The translations under genes were made by a program, and so were the position numbers. The notes beneath the pieces were generated by a model that was given only the letters and a program-made list of their open reading frames with translations, ran no database searches and was not told the origin of the DNA. Below are positions 12,626 through 26,197 of a stretch of DNA of 64,000 bases, piece after piece. Source of the stretch: Octopus vulgaris (taxonomy: Eukaryota); contig OX597816.1 in NCBI GenBank assembly GCA_951406725.2, positions 164,114,001 to 164,178,000 of the forward strand, given 5' to 3'. Numbering within the stretch: position 1 is the first letter of the stretch; every line of letters starts with the position of its first letter.

Positions 12626-14044
12626 TGTATTCTATTCAGCTGGAAAACATTACTGGCCTATTGTCTTCTCTCCCTCCCTCTCTCTCTCTCACTCACTCTC
12701 TCAGTTCCTCGCACTCCCCCTCTCTCTCCAACCGTCTCGTCCTCGAGCCGCCGGGTCAAGGACGGGAGGGACGAGAAAACCCTTAAAACAATTAGGGGAC
12801 GTGTGGTGCATGTCGCCGAGTAATCTTGCTTGCAAGTGACGGTTAAGCTTTGATTTCCTGAGAGGTTTGACAAAGATGTATATCTGAAAACTTTGAAAGA
12901 AAAGTTTTAGCTTAGAAAATATTTGAATTCTTGGAGAGAAAGTCGGGAAATTTTTTAGGGAACATATTTGAAAATAGCATGAAAGGATTATGAAGGATTC
13001 CAATGAATTATAAGAATATGGTTTGGAATGAGTTGTGGAAAAGGGAGCAGAGAAAGAGTTTGCGAGTTCCATTGTTTCGCTTTTTTTTATTTTTTTAAGT
13101 AGTGGCTTTAAAGAATTAAAAAAATTTTTTTTTTAAATAAGTGTTATACAAAGACTTTTGGAACAGTTTACGAGAATAGTTTAAAAACAGTTTTGAAGAA
13201 TTATTTCGAATTAACTTTTAGAAAACGAAACAAACTAAAACATAAAGAGACTTGGGCTGAGCTATTTTTAGATAATAGAAGCTTCTAGACGTAGAATTTT
13301 AAGAAAGATTTCGTCAAAATACTTAAATGATTTTTTTTGCTTTTTGTTCCGTAAAAACATTTCAAGAAAATAGTATTTAGTTCTAGTTCGGGAGGGTCAT
13401 TATGGCAATAATAAGCACACGCACTGGTGCACTAGCACACTAATTCTATTTTACTTCATTTATTACCAAGAATCAATTGGTTAACTACTTAACCAATTAA
13501 CTAATCGACGATTTTGGTTAGATGTTTGATGAATCATAGATTTTTCAAAATCCTTTTGTCACCATTGGAAGTTTTATCAATGCCATGCTTTCTCTGCTTT
13601 TGAGACATACCTGAAGCAGACCTTGTGTTAAATGGAACGACGAAATTATGCATCATCATCGTCATCATCCTGTGTTTTAAATCTGGGTTTTTTGTCCCTG
13701 ATAACGGAGGTAGCCGGATCTACCTCAATGCCATAGCAACCGAGATAGGTAAGTGCAACCCGCCCCAACATTTGGTCTGGCTGGTGCCCATTTTCCTTTG
13801 CTATCATGAGGCTCTTTTGGAGCTGGATTGTCTATGGGGGGTTTGTAGACATGAATGGTCTCAAGATCACGGTTTTTAAGGAATGTGGTGAAAAACTAGC
13901 TCGGGAATGCATGGACGTTACTCCCTGAGACCGCTTTGGAGCCCCACTACCTAGTATATCGACACACACACAAAACGACAAGATAAAGTTGTAAGCTGTG
14001 CGGGAAACCCTTCACAGAATCTATCCATTGTCACTCATAGACCA

Positions 14045-14372
14045 ATTTTGGTTTCGAATTTTGGCACAAGGCCAGCAATTTCGGGAGAAGAAGTGAGTCG
14101 ATTACATCAACCCCAGTATTCAACTATTTAATTAATTTATCGACCCCGATAGGATGAAAGACAATGTCGATTTTGGTGGTATTTGAACCCAGAACGTAAA
14201 GACAAGCGAATGATTCTGCATACTTGCCACCTCACTGACAGACCAATATTGGTTTCAAAGCCAGTAATTTCTGGAGAAGGGGGTAAGTTGATTACATAGA
14301 CCCCAATGCTCAATTGGTACTTAATTTATCAATCCCAAAAGGACGAAAGGCAAAGTTAACCTCGGAGGAATA
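14045..14372 (-). mobile_element. Two older SINE family A-related copies
   Basis: Repeated aatttatcgaccccga..gatgaaag..aaagt..acctcgg; alternative 3' end ttttggcacaaggccagcaatttc. Confidence 0.75.
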
Positions 14373-15340
14373 TTGTTGTAGGGATGATAGTAATAATAGT
14401 ACAACCCTCCCACGTTACTAGTGGTATGTGCTAGTCACTATAAATAAGGTGATGTCGGTCAGAATAGACAGAAAGTACGTTGTAAACGGTCATAGATGAT
14501 TGTGGTCTTAAATTGTCTTACTAACTATGTTGCTATACCAGAGTGGCGTTATAACAATCCAATTTACAGGATTATAACAAATATGAACTCAGAGCAAAAA
14601 GACAGACGAAATATCGCTAAGCATTTTGCCCAGCCTGCTAACGATTCTGCCTGCTTGCCACTTTGCTACATGAGAAATATTGACCAGATCTTATAACAGA
14701 CAGCTCCTTGCCCTTGATGCCGCGCATTAGGGCCCAATCTGAAATTACGTGATCACCAAGTGTACTTGTTAACCGCAGGTTGAGATTAAAACCTAAATAT
14801 ACACACTTCATGATGTAAAATTCAATAATAACTTTTTTTAAATAGATTAAAGAGACAAAGGGCAAGATTATCTGACCGATGCACTAATGGGGATATTTTA
14901 AGATGTTTAAATATATCAGAAGATATTCCAAATATATATAGTAATGACTTGTTTACGGTTATCAAAGGTGACTTAATTCTATTGGCCGTTTAAAGAAAGT
15001 TCAGGTCACAGATTGGGGTCAACTATTTACTTCCATCTGCAACCACGGAAATCAAATAGCTTATCTTGACACACTGATCTCGTTCTTCGTTCAAACACAC
15101 ACACACGCGCGCAGAGAAGGAGAGAGAGAGAGTGAGAGAGAGAGAGAGGGAGAGAGTATCAGACAGACAGACAGAGAAAGACAGACAGTTTTGGTCATTT
15201 AATTTTCACTGACAAATCATTTACTGATACGAAGCTTCTGCAAGAGAAACAAGTTAAGGCAACGTTGCGAGGGAGCGAAACGGGAATTCGGTGGTTGCGA
15301 AGCAAGCGTCTTACCATAGGGCCATGCCTGTTCTTATTTA

Positions 15341-15378
<38 letters not shown>

Positions 15379-15447
15379 CATACATACATACATACATACA
15401 TACATACATACATACATACATACATACTACATACATTCATACACACA

Positions 15448-15511
<64 letters not shown>

Positions 15512-16199
15512 GCATGCATGTGTACACACGTACACACACACACATACACACATATATGCATGTGTGTGTATGTATTTATGTATGTAGCTTTTAAATTAAT
15601 TATCGAATTCTTTGAAAATACCTTACTCATTAATAAATAAATTAATTAATACGTGTATATGTATATGGATGGGTGTGTAAAAAATATCTACGTATACACA
15701 CACACACATACATATCTATATGGTTATATATATTTATACCCAAATGTGTATATATATATATATGGGTTTATATGTATATATATTTGTATATATGTATATG
15801 TGTGTAGCCATATGTAAGTGTGTGTGTATACATTTATATACGCATACATATATATGTATATACACAAACAGATAAGGAACATTCCTTTTCGCTTGCCGAT
15901 CACTTCAATCTCATCTTGTACCCCCTTCGCCCCTTCATCCACCCCTCTTCAAACCTTCTTTCTGCCATCCCACGCCCCTCTCCTGACCACCACCACATCA
16001 TCCATATCTTCGACTTTCCTTCTCTACTTCTAACCCTATATAATTTTTTTTCTGTGCACCCTCCCCCATCACCCTCCTCCCTGTCCCCTACTCCTTCCTT
16101 TACTCACCCCCACCTCCTCGTATTACACCCCCAGATTCCTCTTATTTTCTGCAATTTACTTACAGAATGCCAAACCACATTAGCCTGTTTATCTTTTTT

Positions 16200-16267
<68 letters not shown>

Positions 16268-16569
16268 TATGCACACATGATCGAGTACATACAGAGATAT
16301 ACATACACATGCATATATTCACAACACACGCATATACGCATGCAGAAAAGCGTACGCCATAACAAACGCGTATACTTACATATACACACACAGAAACACA
16401 TGACCACGCATGCGCAAACGCATTTGCAAACATACGAATACAAACGTACAGCACACGCACACACACACGCGCGCGTGCGTGCACTCATTTACATACACAC
16501 ACACATAGTAACGCGCTACAAGCGTATACATACATTACACCAAACGCACATACGCTTATATACAACCAT

Positions 16570-16795
16570 TATTGTTTTTTATTTATGCGCCCTTTTAAAG
16601 CCTAGCCAGGTTCATGGGCCCAGTTTTCCGGTTTCTGTGACGTATGTGTCCCCCGCAGCTGGACGGGACGCCAGTCCATCGCGCGTAACTCTGATTTAAG
16701 CAAAAATAACCCCTGGAAGGGATTCTTCGACTAAGTTCTACCAGACGCAGCCCCAGCATGGCCGCAGTCCAATGACTTAAGCAAGTGAAACTGTA
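16570..16795. mobile_element. SINE B tail fragment (minus strand) adjacent to SINE C 3' end (plus strand)
   Basis: gcctagccaggttcatgggccc...cagctggacgggacgccagtccatcgc; then cagcatggccgcagtccaatgacttaagcaagtgaaa. Confidence 0.75.
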
Positions 16796-16965
16796 TAACA
16801 TGCAGAATCGGAATTACCGAATGAGCGGCTCAGATGAGACGACAACGGAAAGTTAAAATGGCGTAACTTGAAACGTTTTCAGCCATTTAAGGGGGACAGT
16901 ATAAAGTTGTTGCATTGCTTGAGTAATATGTGTGTTTGGGTGTGTGTGTCTGTGTGTGTGTGTGA

Positions 16966-17011
<46 letters not shown>

Positions 17012-17246
17012 GTGTGTGTGTGCGCGCGCGCGCGTGTGTATACATTTGTATCTGATTTGAAAGATTCTTCATGTGAATTGGTGTGTTGGAACAAATCATG
17101 TGTGTGTTTGTGTGTATATGTATATATACAAAGATGGAGTGAAACATAATTTTATATATATATACATACATACACTTATGTATTCATATGCTTGAGTGTG
17201 TATGCATAGACATGTATACGTATGATTATACGTATATGTATGTATA

Positions 17247-17309
<63 letters not shown>

Positions 17310-17557
17310 TTATACCCACACACACACATATGTATATATATACATATATTTTTATATATGTATATATACATATATATTTTATATATGTATATACATATGT
17401 CAAGCACACATATTCACACACGCACATATACATATACAAACATAGACATACACACACACACACATATAGACATGTGTGTGTGTACGCATATATGTATGGG
17501 AATATGTATGTATGTCTATGTAAACACGGAAGCACAAGCATCCATTTTATAATCATC

Positions 17558-17589
<32 letters not shown>

Positions 17590-17872
17590 ATGTACGTGTG
17601 TGTGCGTGTGTCACAGGGGTCAGGGTTTTGTCCCTGCATTAATCTTTTCTCATTACCCCCGCACTGAATGACACCAGTAGCAACAACAGACAACGCCACA
17701 CCACCACCTCTTACTCTACCACCACCACTACAATCACCACCATCACCACCATCTACCACCACCGACACCATCGCCATTAAAACAACAACAGTAACAACGA
17801 TTATATGAAGAGCGCCGATGATGACAAGGTGGCTGGTTAATCGTTTAAACAACATTTATATTAGCTGCCACA

Positions 17873-17947
<75 letters not shown>

Positions 17948-17951
17948 GCAT

Positions 17952-17990
<39 letters not shown>

Positions 17991-18017
17991 CACATACATG
18001 TACAAATATCAACACGT

Positions 18018-18077
<60 letters not shown>

Positions 18078-18347
18078 ATATACACGTTTTGTATGTTGCG
18101 TATGTATATATATGTTATGCACGCATGTGCATGTATGAATGTATACATCTTTATATATATATATGTGTGTGTGCGTGTGTAAGTATGAATGTATGAATGT
18201 ATGTATGCTATGTTTACGTATGCCAGTATCTAAGCATGTATTTTATGTATGTATATTATGTGTGTATGTTATATGTGTTATAGATGTGTTATGTGTGTAT
18301 GCATGCATGTGTAAGTACGCCTATAATACATACATACATATATATAT

Positions 18348-18406
<59 letters not shown>

Positions 18407-18428
18407 TAGATAGATAGATATGTGTGTG

Positions 18429-18473
<45 letters not shown>

Positions 18474-18494
18474 GTATGTATATATATATGTATG

Positions 18495-18658
<164 letters not shown>

Positions 18659-18680
18659 ATATACGTGTGTGTATATATAT

Positions 18681-18820
18681 CAGGTGGTGCTATTAAGAAA
18701 GAGAGATAAGAATAAAGTGAGAGAGAGGGAGAGGGGGAGAGAAACATTCGTTGAAGACACATGGCCTGGACCAATTTTTGGTCGAAACATATCTAAGTTT
18801 TATCTAAGTTCTAAGTTTTT
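18681..18820 (+). mobile_element. 3' terminus related to the LINE at 35280, interrupted by a 65-bp insert
   Basis: caggtggtgctattaag ... acatggcctggacc...ggtcgaaac matches 35732-35780; short-repeat tail atctaagttttatctaagttctaagtt. Confidence 0.65.
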
Positions 18821-20299
18821 ATATATATATATATATATATATTTTATATATATATATATATGTGTGTGTGTGTATATATTATATATATATATATATGTAT
18901 GTATTATTATTATGTATGTATGTATGTATGTATGTATGTATGTATGTATGTATGTATGTATGTATGTATGTATGTATGTATATCATGTAGATAGGGTTAA
19001 AATCCAAACTGTGTTGTCTTGAAGCACATCTGCTTATTTCAGTATTCCAAATCTGTATGTTGGTGTTATATTTGTTCGAGATAAGCATAAAAGTAGAAAA
19101 TACTGGAAAATAGCTTTCTAGAGTAAATTTATAACAAAACAGGCGAAGAAAGTTTTGGTATCATTTATTCACCATTACACGTATTTCGTTTACTAATAGG
19201 AGTCACCGGGTTGTACATGTAGGAATAACATATAAAAAATGTTTCAAACTTAGTAAATTTGAACCATTTCTTATAGAAGATATCTTAGATCTTTTTCTTA
19301 TAAGTACATTATAACTCCTATTAGCAAATGAAACACGTGTAATGATGAATAAATAATACCAATAACCTGTTTTGAAAAATATGTGTGTGTGCTTTATTCG
19401 TTCCAGCCATGCAGCTGCGGTCATGCTGGAGCGCCACCTCGAGCACACATATACACACAGACATATATATAGTGTCTATGTGCGTGCGTGTGTGTGTTTG
19501 TGAAAGTGCTAGAGAAAGAGAGACAAGAATAAAGAGAGAGAGAGGGAGGAAGAGTGGGAGAGAAACATTAGTTGAAGACACAAGACAGACAAACAAACTG
19601 CGAAGGACAAAGAGGAAAGATAATTAAGAAAAGAGGAAAGGTGGGAGTAAGGTCTGCCAATTATTAAGCATCCGTTAATTAGTGTGGAGCCTCAGGTGGA
19701 TAGAGTTAAGTGTCTTAACGAAGAATAATAACTTTTAAGCGAAACAGGACTCGGTGACTGACAAGACAAATGGATCCATTATGCTCTTTGCAAGAGGTAA
19801 ACAAATGAAGGTTGTTTGTTTTAGGTTGAGGCATAAAGCCCCCACATCACTGACATTTATGTAAAGGGTGCAGCGGGCTATATTGCTTATGCAGGTTTTT
19901 GAGTAGTTTGGTTTACCGGAACCCCGGCGGGCTGGGTAAGAGGGTACAGCGATTTTTGCTTTTAATAGTTAACATTCTCACAGAACAATGAGCCAGCGAA
20001 GAAGCATTAAGAAGAGAAAACGGGAAAGAAGGAGCCACTGTACGATTGCTTGATCTGCGAGAAATTGTAGTGAAATCTCTCTCGAATGCCACTTTATTCT
20101 CTGTCAGAATCCAGAGGGAAATTGCACAATGCATGAAGAAACAGCATATATATCTACATATACATACACACATAGATACACACATACATACATACATACA
20201 TACATACATACATACATACATACATACATACATACATACATACACACACATACATACATACATACATACATACATACATACATACATACATACATACAT

Positions 20300-20377
<78 letters not shown>

Positions 20378-20591
20378 TTGTTTATTGTTTTGTCCCTCAA
20401 TTAGGACTGACAGCTGCTGCGATATAAAGCAGAGGTTTATTTTCTTCCTTATGCAAATCAGAGAAAAACAGTTCGAGGGATTGGTGCCAAAATTCTATTT
20501 TGTTTATTTATACATTATTTTGGTTGCTGTTGTTGCTGTTGTTGTTGTTGTTGTTTTGTTCTTGTTGTTAGTATCATCATTATCATCATCG

Positions 20592-20622
<31 letters not shown>

Positions 20623-20840
20623 TATCGTCATCACCACCATCAAAGAGTGGTTCATTGAAAACAAAAAGATATTGAGAGCCAGGAAAAAAAAAGTAGTGTT
20701 TGTTAAAACTGTAATAATTATACAAGCATTCGCTCGTTCTGGGAGTATCCTTTCAGAATCTAATTGGAGCGGAGGAGAGCGTGTGTGAGTGAATAGAAGT
20801 GATGAGCAGAGGAGGGAGGATATGGAAGTGGTGATGCGGC

Positions 20841-20883
<43 letters not shown>

Positions 20884-21208
20884 CCGTTGGCAAGATGGCA
20901 CCACCATATTTTATGAGAAACACCAAAACTGAAGCAATGATTCGACCGATTCTAGAATTGTAGTACGAAGGAGTATGTTTGGTTTTGTTGGTTGGTTGGT
21001 TGGTTGGTTGTTGAGTTTGTTTATTTGATTCGTTTTTTGTGGGGTGTTTGATGGAGATTAAAGCAGAGAGGAGGGAGAGAGAAGGGGGCAACGGGAAGGT
21101 GGGGGAGATAAAGAGAGAGAAGAGAGAGAGAGAGAGAGATAGGGGTGGGTGTTAAGAAAACAAAATAGATTTTAAAAGAAATACTCAGAAACGCACGAAC
21201 GTTTTGCT

Positions 21209-21241
<33 letters not shown>

Positions 21242-21431
21242 CTCGTGAGTGTCAAACGTGATGAAAATAGAGACTTGCTGAAGTGAAGTGTGCAAGAAGC
21301 AAAAAAAAAAAAAAAAAAAAAAGAGAAGAAAAAACTGGTGGGGTGAGGATTGCTGATGGGGTAAGGATTGCTGATGGGTGGATGTTGCTGAAGAGGACTG
21401 TTTCCATCATGATGATGATGATGACGTCCAT

Positions 21432-21463
<32 letters not shown>

Positions 21464-21684
21464 GAGCGGCGTTATGTGACAGATGGATGGAGAGATAAAC
21501 ATGAAAAGGAAGAGATAAGAAGTGAGATGTATTGATAAACTAACTTACACACACACACGCGCGCGCGCGCGCGCACGTACACACACGTATATGCAAAAGC
21601 ACGCACACACACACACACACACACGTATATGTACATGCACGCAGACACATACACATGCAAAACACACCTGCGTATACGTTGTCA

Positions 21685-22071
21685 TCTCTCTCTATATATA
21701 AACGGCAGTTTGTCTGTGCGTGTTTCTGTGTGTCTGTCAGGTTGTACCCTCACCCTCACCACGGCTTTCAACCGATTCTGATGAAACTTGACACACACAT
21801 AGCCCAATGTCATAATTCAAAACTAACGCAGCGAAAATTTTGAAAAGTTCCCCCAGTTCTGAAAAAAATCGATAAATTCGACATGGGGTCGAGAATCAGA
21901 AATACAAACCACAAACCTGTCTAGGGGACGCAACTCCACCTTTTTTAACTCTCAAACAAAATTTACCATCATTTTTTTCCATTTTTTTGCTATTTTTTGG
22001 CTATAACTCTCTAAAAATGCTTTATAGTTATTTCCCTTACAAACCTGAGCAACGCCGGGCGATACTGCTAG
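21685..22071 (+). mobile_element. Non-autonomous Helitron
   Basis: 5' TC start (a|TCtctctctatatataaa), subterminal GC-rich hairpin cctgagcaacgccggg, 3' CTAG end followed by T; inserted between A and T with no TSD. Confidence 0.8.
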
Positions 22072-22200
22072 TGTGGGTATAAATATGGGCAGACAATTGT
22101 ATGTTGGGATTTGAAAGTTCATAAATTCATTTGAATAGAAGATGGTATACTGTGGCAAAATGTTAAATTATGATACATACATACACATGTGCATATATAA

Positions 22201-22271
<71 letters not shown>

Positions 22272-22512
22272 CGCGTGCGTACACACACGCACACATATAT
22301 GTAAACCTATGTAGTTCACATACAAATATAGTAAATTGAACTAATTCTCTAAAGACTGAAAACTTTATGAATAACTTTCATCGATTTTCGAAACTTATTG
22401 GGGTTTCATCAGAGATGTCTACATCATTTGACCAATCGCGGACAAGCAAGCAGTCATTCTATTTCCATACACACCGAATCTCTCCCTCTCTCTCTCTCTC
22501 TCTATCTTTGTG

Positions 22513-22569
<57 letters not shown>

Positions 22570-22865
22570 GTACTGGGAGAATAAGAAACGGAACGAGCGA
22601 ACGAATTGAATCGAACCCGATGCGAGGGCGCTGTCAAACAATAGTGTAATAAATAAAATATATGCATACATACAGACATATATGTACGTACCTACATCTA
22701 CATGTATATATACATGCATATATAGATATATATACACGTGAGTACAGGACACCACAACTAGACGTAGAACTCAGCGAGAAACGAAAACGGAAAAACCATT
22801 TTTTTACAACAGAAAAAACAGAGTACGGGACATACTACACAAGGAAAAATCCCCTTCATCAGCTG

Positions 22866-22912
<47 letters not shown>

Positions 22913-22932
22913 CTGCTTACCCCTCTCACATC

Positions 22933-22980
22933 GTCTCTGATGAAGGGATATGCATAATACCCTTGAACCAGCTGTAAGAC
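22933..22980 (+). ncRNA. Type-I hammerhead-like motif (one core substitution) in a (TA)n-flanked module
   Basis: GTCT-CTGATGA-aggg..ccctt-GAAC-CAGCTG-TA-AGAC: stem I GTCT/AGAC, palindromic stem III, GAAA mutated to GAAC. A degraded second copy lies at ~23070-23125. Confidence 0.6.
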
Positions 22981-23126
22981 TATATATCTCTTTCCTTATA
23001 AATGTCCTGGAATCTCCTCACTAATATATATATATATATATATATATATAGATATATATTGTATATCTCTCTCACATCGTCTCTGATGAAGGGTCTAAGA
23101 TATATATAAATGTCCTATCTCCTCAC

Positions 23127-23165
<39 letters not shown>

Positions 23166-23172
<7 letters not shown>

Positions 23173-23401
23173 AAAGAAAGAATGGAGTTGAACGACGAAT
23201 TAACAAAATTCCTTTATTCTTATTCTTATTCTTATTCCTTATTCTTTCTTTTATTTGTATTTTAAAAAAACACACAAATTCCCACACGAAAGCACGTGAT
23301 CTCTGCCCTAGGCATGTAGCTTCAACCGTGTTTTTCTGACGTGAGTTTGCTACCCAGGTATCGGTTAACCGAATTATCCATAATAAGATAATTCATTCAA
23401 C

Positions 23402-23405
<4 letters not shown>
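23166..23405. mobile_element. (TA)n-flanked repeat, second copy of the element at 61112-61405 with the hairpin collapsed
   Basis: Shares gaaagaatggagttgaacgacgaattaacaaaattccttta and gcacgtgatctctgccctaggcatgtagc...ttcattcaactact with 61112-61405. Confidence 0.85.
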
Positions 23406-23471
<66 letters not shown>

Positions 23472-23474
<3 letters not shown>

Positions 23475-23637
23475 ATGTTGGACCGCTGAAATTTTACAAG
23501 TTTTGTTTTTTATTCTCTCTCTTTATTTCCTCATATTCCTTTCTATATAGGCTCGAAACGTAAAAGACATTTTCATTTTCCTGAGCGTCAAACTAATACA
23601 GTCGCATGTTATTCATAAACCTGTCTTCGTCTATTTG

Positions 23638-23640
<3 letters not shown>
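23472..23640 (+). mobile_element. PLE-like terminal-repeat fragment (hammerhead partly deleted)
   Basis: gccatgttggaccgctgaaat...taggctcgaaacgtaaaagac...ttcctgagcg...taatac; reverse-complement relative of 37360-37465; (TA)n on both sides. Confidence 0.7.
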
Positions 23641-23709
<69 letters not shown>

Positions 23710-24329
23710 GTCCTTGTTTCGTATACATTCGATCCTTTTTCCAAGAAATCTAATGCTCGCAGCTTAGTTTTTCCTTGGGGCTAGCCGGATCTGAGCGATA
23801 TCCAGGATTAATTAGCCGAAATTTGCTATGACGATCCGTTTCCTGACTGAAGATTAGAGGCTTCGAATGACCCGTCCGTTCTTTGTGTCGTCTCTTTGTG
23901 TTTTTTGCGTTCTTGTCCCATTTTGTATTTTTTATATATAATTTTTATACATATATATATTCATATACATTATATATACATGTATCGTTTTGTCTCTTGG
24001 TAGGATCATTACACCAATAATAATAACACACACATTGGTTCAATATCACTTCTTTGTTGTTAGTGAAGCGATTAAATATCTAATATAGTATCAGATGTCG
24101 TCGTTAAACAACCAATTGGTTGTTTGCTCCTCAAAATCCTTTCGTCGCTCTTTCCGACCTCGTCAGTGGCATGCCCTCATTCTTCAAGTTCTAGGTTGAG
24201 GCTCAAGATTTGTTCCAACACACCAATTCACATAAATAACCTTACAAACCAGATACAAAAACGAAAGTATACACAAACACACACATACATACATACATCC
24301 ATACACACACATATAAATATATATATATA

Positions 24330-24389
24330 TAGGGGTATGATTCTCGCTTTGGGTGCGAGAGGTCCCGGGTTCGAATCCCGGACGAACCC
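24330..24389 (+). pseudogene. 5'-truncated tRNA-Pro(TGG)
   Basis: TAGGGGTATGATTCTCGCTTTGGGTGCGAGAGGTCCCGGGTTCGAATCCCGGACGAACCC matches the conserved metazoan tRNA-Pro from about position 13 onward. The 5' acceptor strand is replaced by (TA)n. Confidence 0.9.
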
Positions 24390-24392
24390 AGG

Positions 24393-24426
<34 letters not shown>

Positions 24427-24812
24427 GCGATGGGCTTACAGTTTCTATCTACCAAACCGGAACCGCATGGATCTATAGCGAACTTCTTGACCTCACTTGC
24501 TATGTCTCCGTTCGTCTTCTCTCTCTCTCTCTCTCTCCATCTCTCTCTCCCTGTCTCTCTTCATCTCTTATTTTCTTCACTTCTTTACTTTTCTTTTATC
24601 TTTCATTTATTTTTTTTCTCTTCCGTAAACCTGCTTTTTCATCTCTTACGCAACTCCTACTTGTCCTTCCTTTCCTCCTCTTCCTGTTCCTCTTTCATAA
24701 TCATCATTATCGACTCCGTCATCTTCGTTATCGTCATCTTTACCATATCATCATCATCATCATCATCATCAAGTCTAAATATTTTTCTTTTCCTTTTCCC
24801 TGTCTCTCTTCC

Positions 24813-24866
<54 letters not shown>

Positions 24867-24954
24867 TCTCTACTATTTTGTAAGCGGATGAATGTTTATT
24901 TTATTTCCGACAATAAGAAAAATAAGAAAGACAAAACTATAAACCAAACACAGC

Positions 24955-24955
24955 T

Positions 24956-25050
<95 letters not shown>

Positions 25051-25053
25051 AAC

Positions 25054-25102
<49 letters not shown>

Positions 25103-25208
25103 TGTAGGAGAAGAATTCAGAAATTCAGACAGATATAAGATGGAGAAAAATGCTAAACCAATAATAATAATAATAACAATAAATAATGATAATATTAATG
25201 ATAATAAC

Positions 25209-25261
<53 letters not shown>

Positions 25262-25270
25262 TAAATAATG

Positions 25271-25342
<72 letters not shown>

Positions 25343-25360
25343 TAATAATAATAATAATAA
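24955..25360. repeat. (AAC)n/(AAT)n compound microsatellite
   Basis: Direct reading. Confidence 0.95.
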
Positions 25361-25844
25361 TAGCGGCAACGACAGCGATGTGAAACAAGAACAACAACAA
25401 CAAGATAAAGACCAACAATAACAATAATAATTAAGAATTCGATAAAAGGGTGGGGTGATGGGGGTGGGGAAGAAGAAACATAAAAAAAAAAAGGAAAAAA
25501 AAATACATTTCCGATGGCTGGTTAAAATTATAGAGATTTATTTAAATTATTAGGCAGACATGTTTTTTTTTTTATTCTCTTTTGTTTTCTTTATCCATAT
25601 TTTTTTAATCATTATTTCCGCTGGTATTTTTTCTTTTTCTTCCTTTTTTTTCTTCTTTTTCTTCTTTTTTCTTTTTTTTTTTTGCTTTGGCTTTTTATTT
25701 CTTTTATTTATTTGTTTATTTACTTCTTGAGTATTGCATTTGTTGTCCATGTAGTTGTTGTAGTTGATTTCTTTTTTGTTGTTCTTTTTACGATATAAAG
25801 CATGGAAACAGGAATAGCCGTAAGCAACTCAACTGATATCATGT

Positions 25845-25889
<45 letters not shown>

Positions 25890-25914
25890 CAAACATATAC
25901 TTATATATATATAT

Positions 25915-25961
<47 letters not shown>

Positions 25962-25988
25962 CATATACTTATATATATATAGATATAG

Positions 25989-26041
<53 letters not shown>

Positions 26042-26160
26042 TTGAGACTTCATAGCGAGCCATATGTATAGGATGCACAGGGTGCATAATCCAGACACTC
26101 TCACACACGTGTATACCACAACATACAAATGTGTGTGTGTGTGTACATATACGTACATAA

Positions 26161-26197
<37 letters not shown>

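Noticed and set aside
16826-16885. Possible hammerhead (ggct-CAGATGA...aagtta/taactt-GAAACG...agcc)
   Set aside because: Core mismatch, irregular stem II spacing and no second copy in the window; may be chance.
24124-24891. 255-aa ORF
   Set aside because: Composed of a tRNA fragment, a SINE remnant and CT-rich simple repeats.
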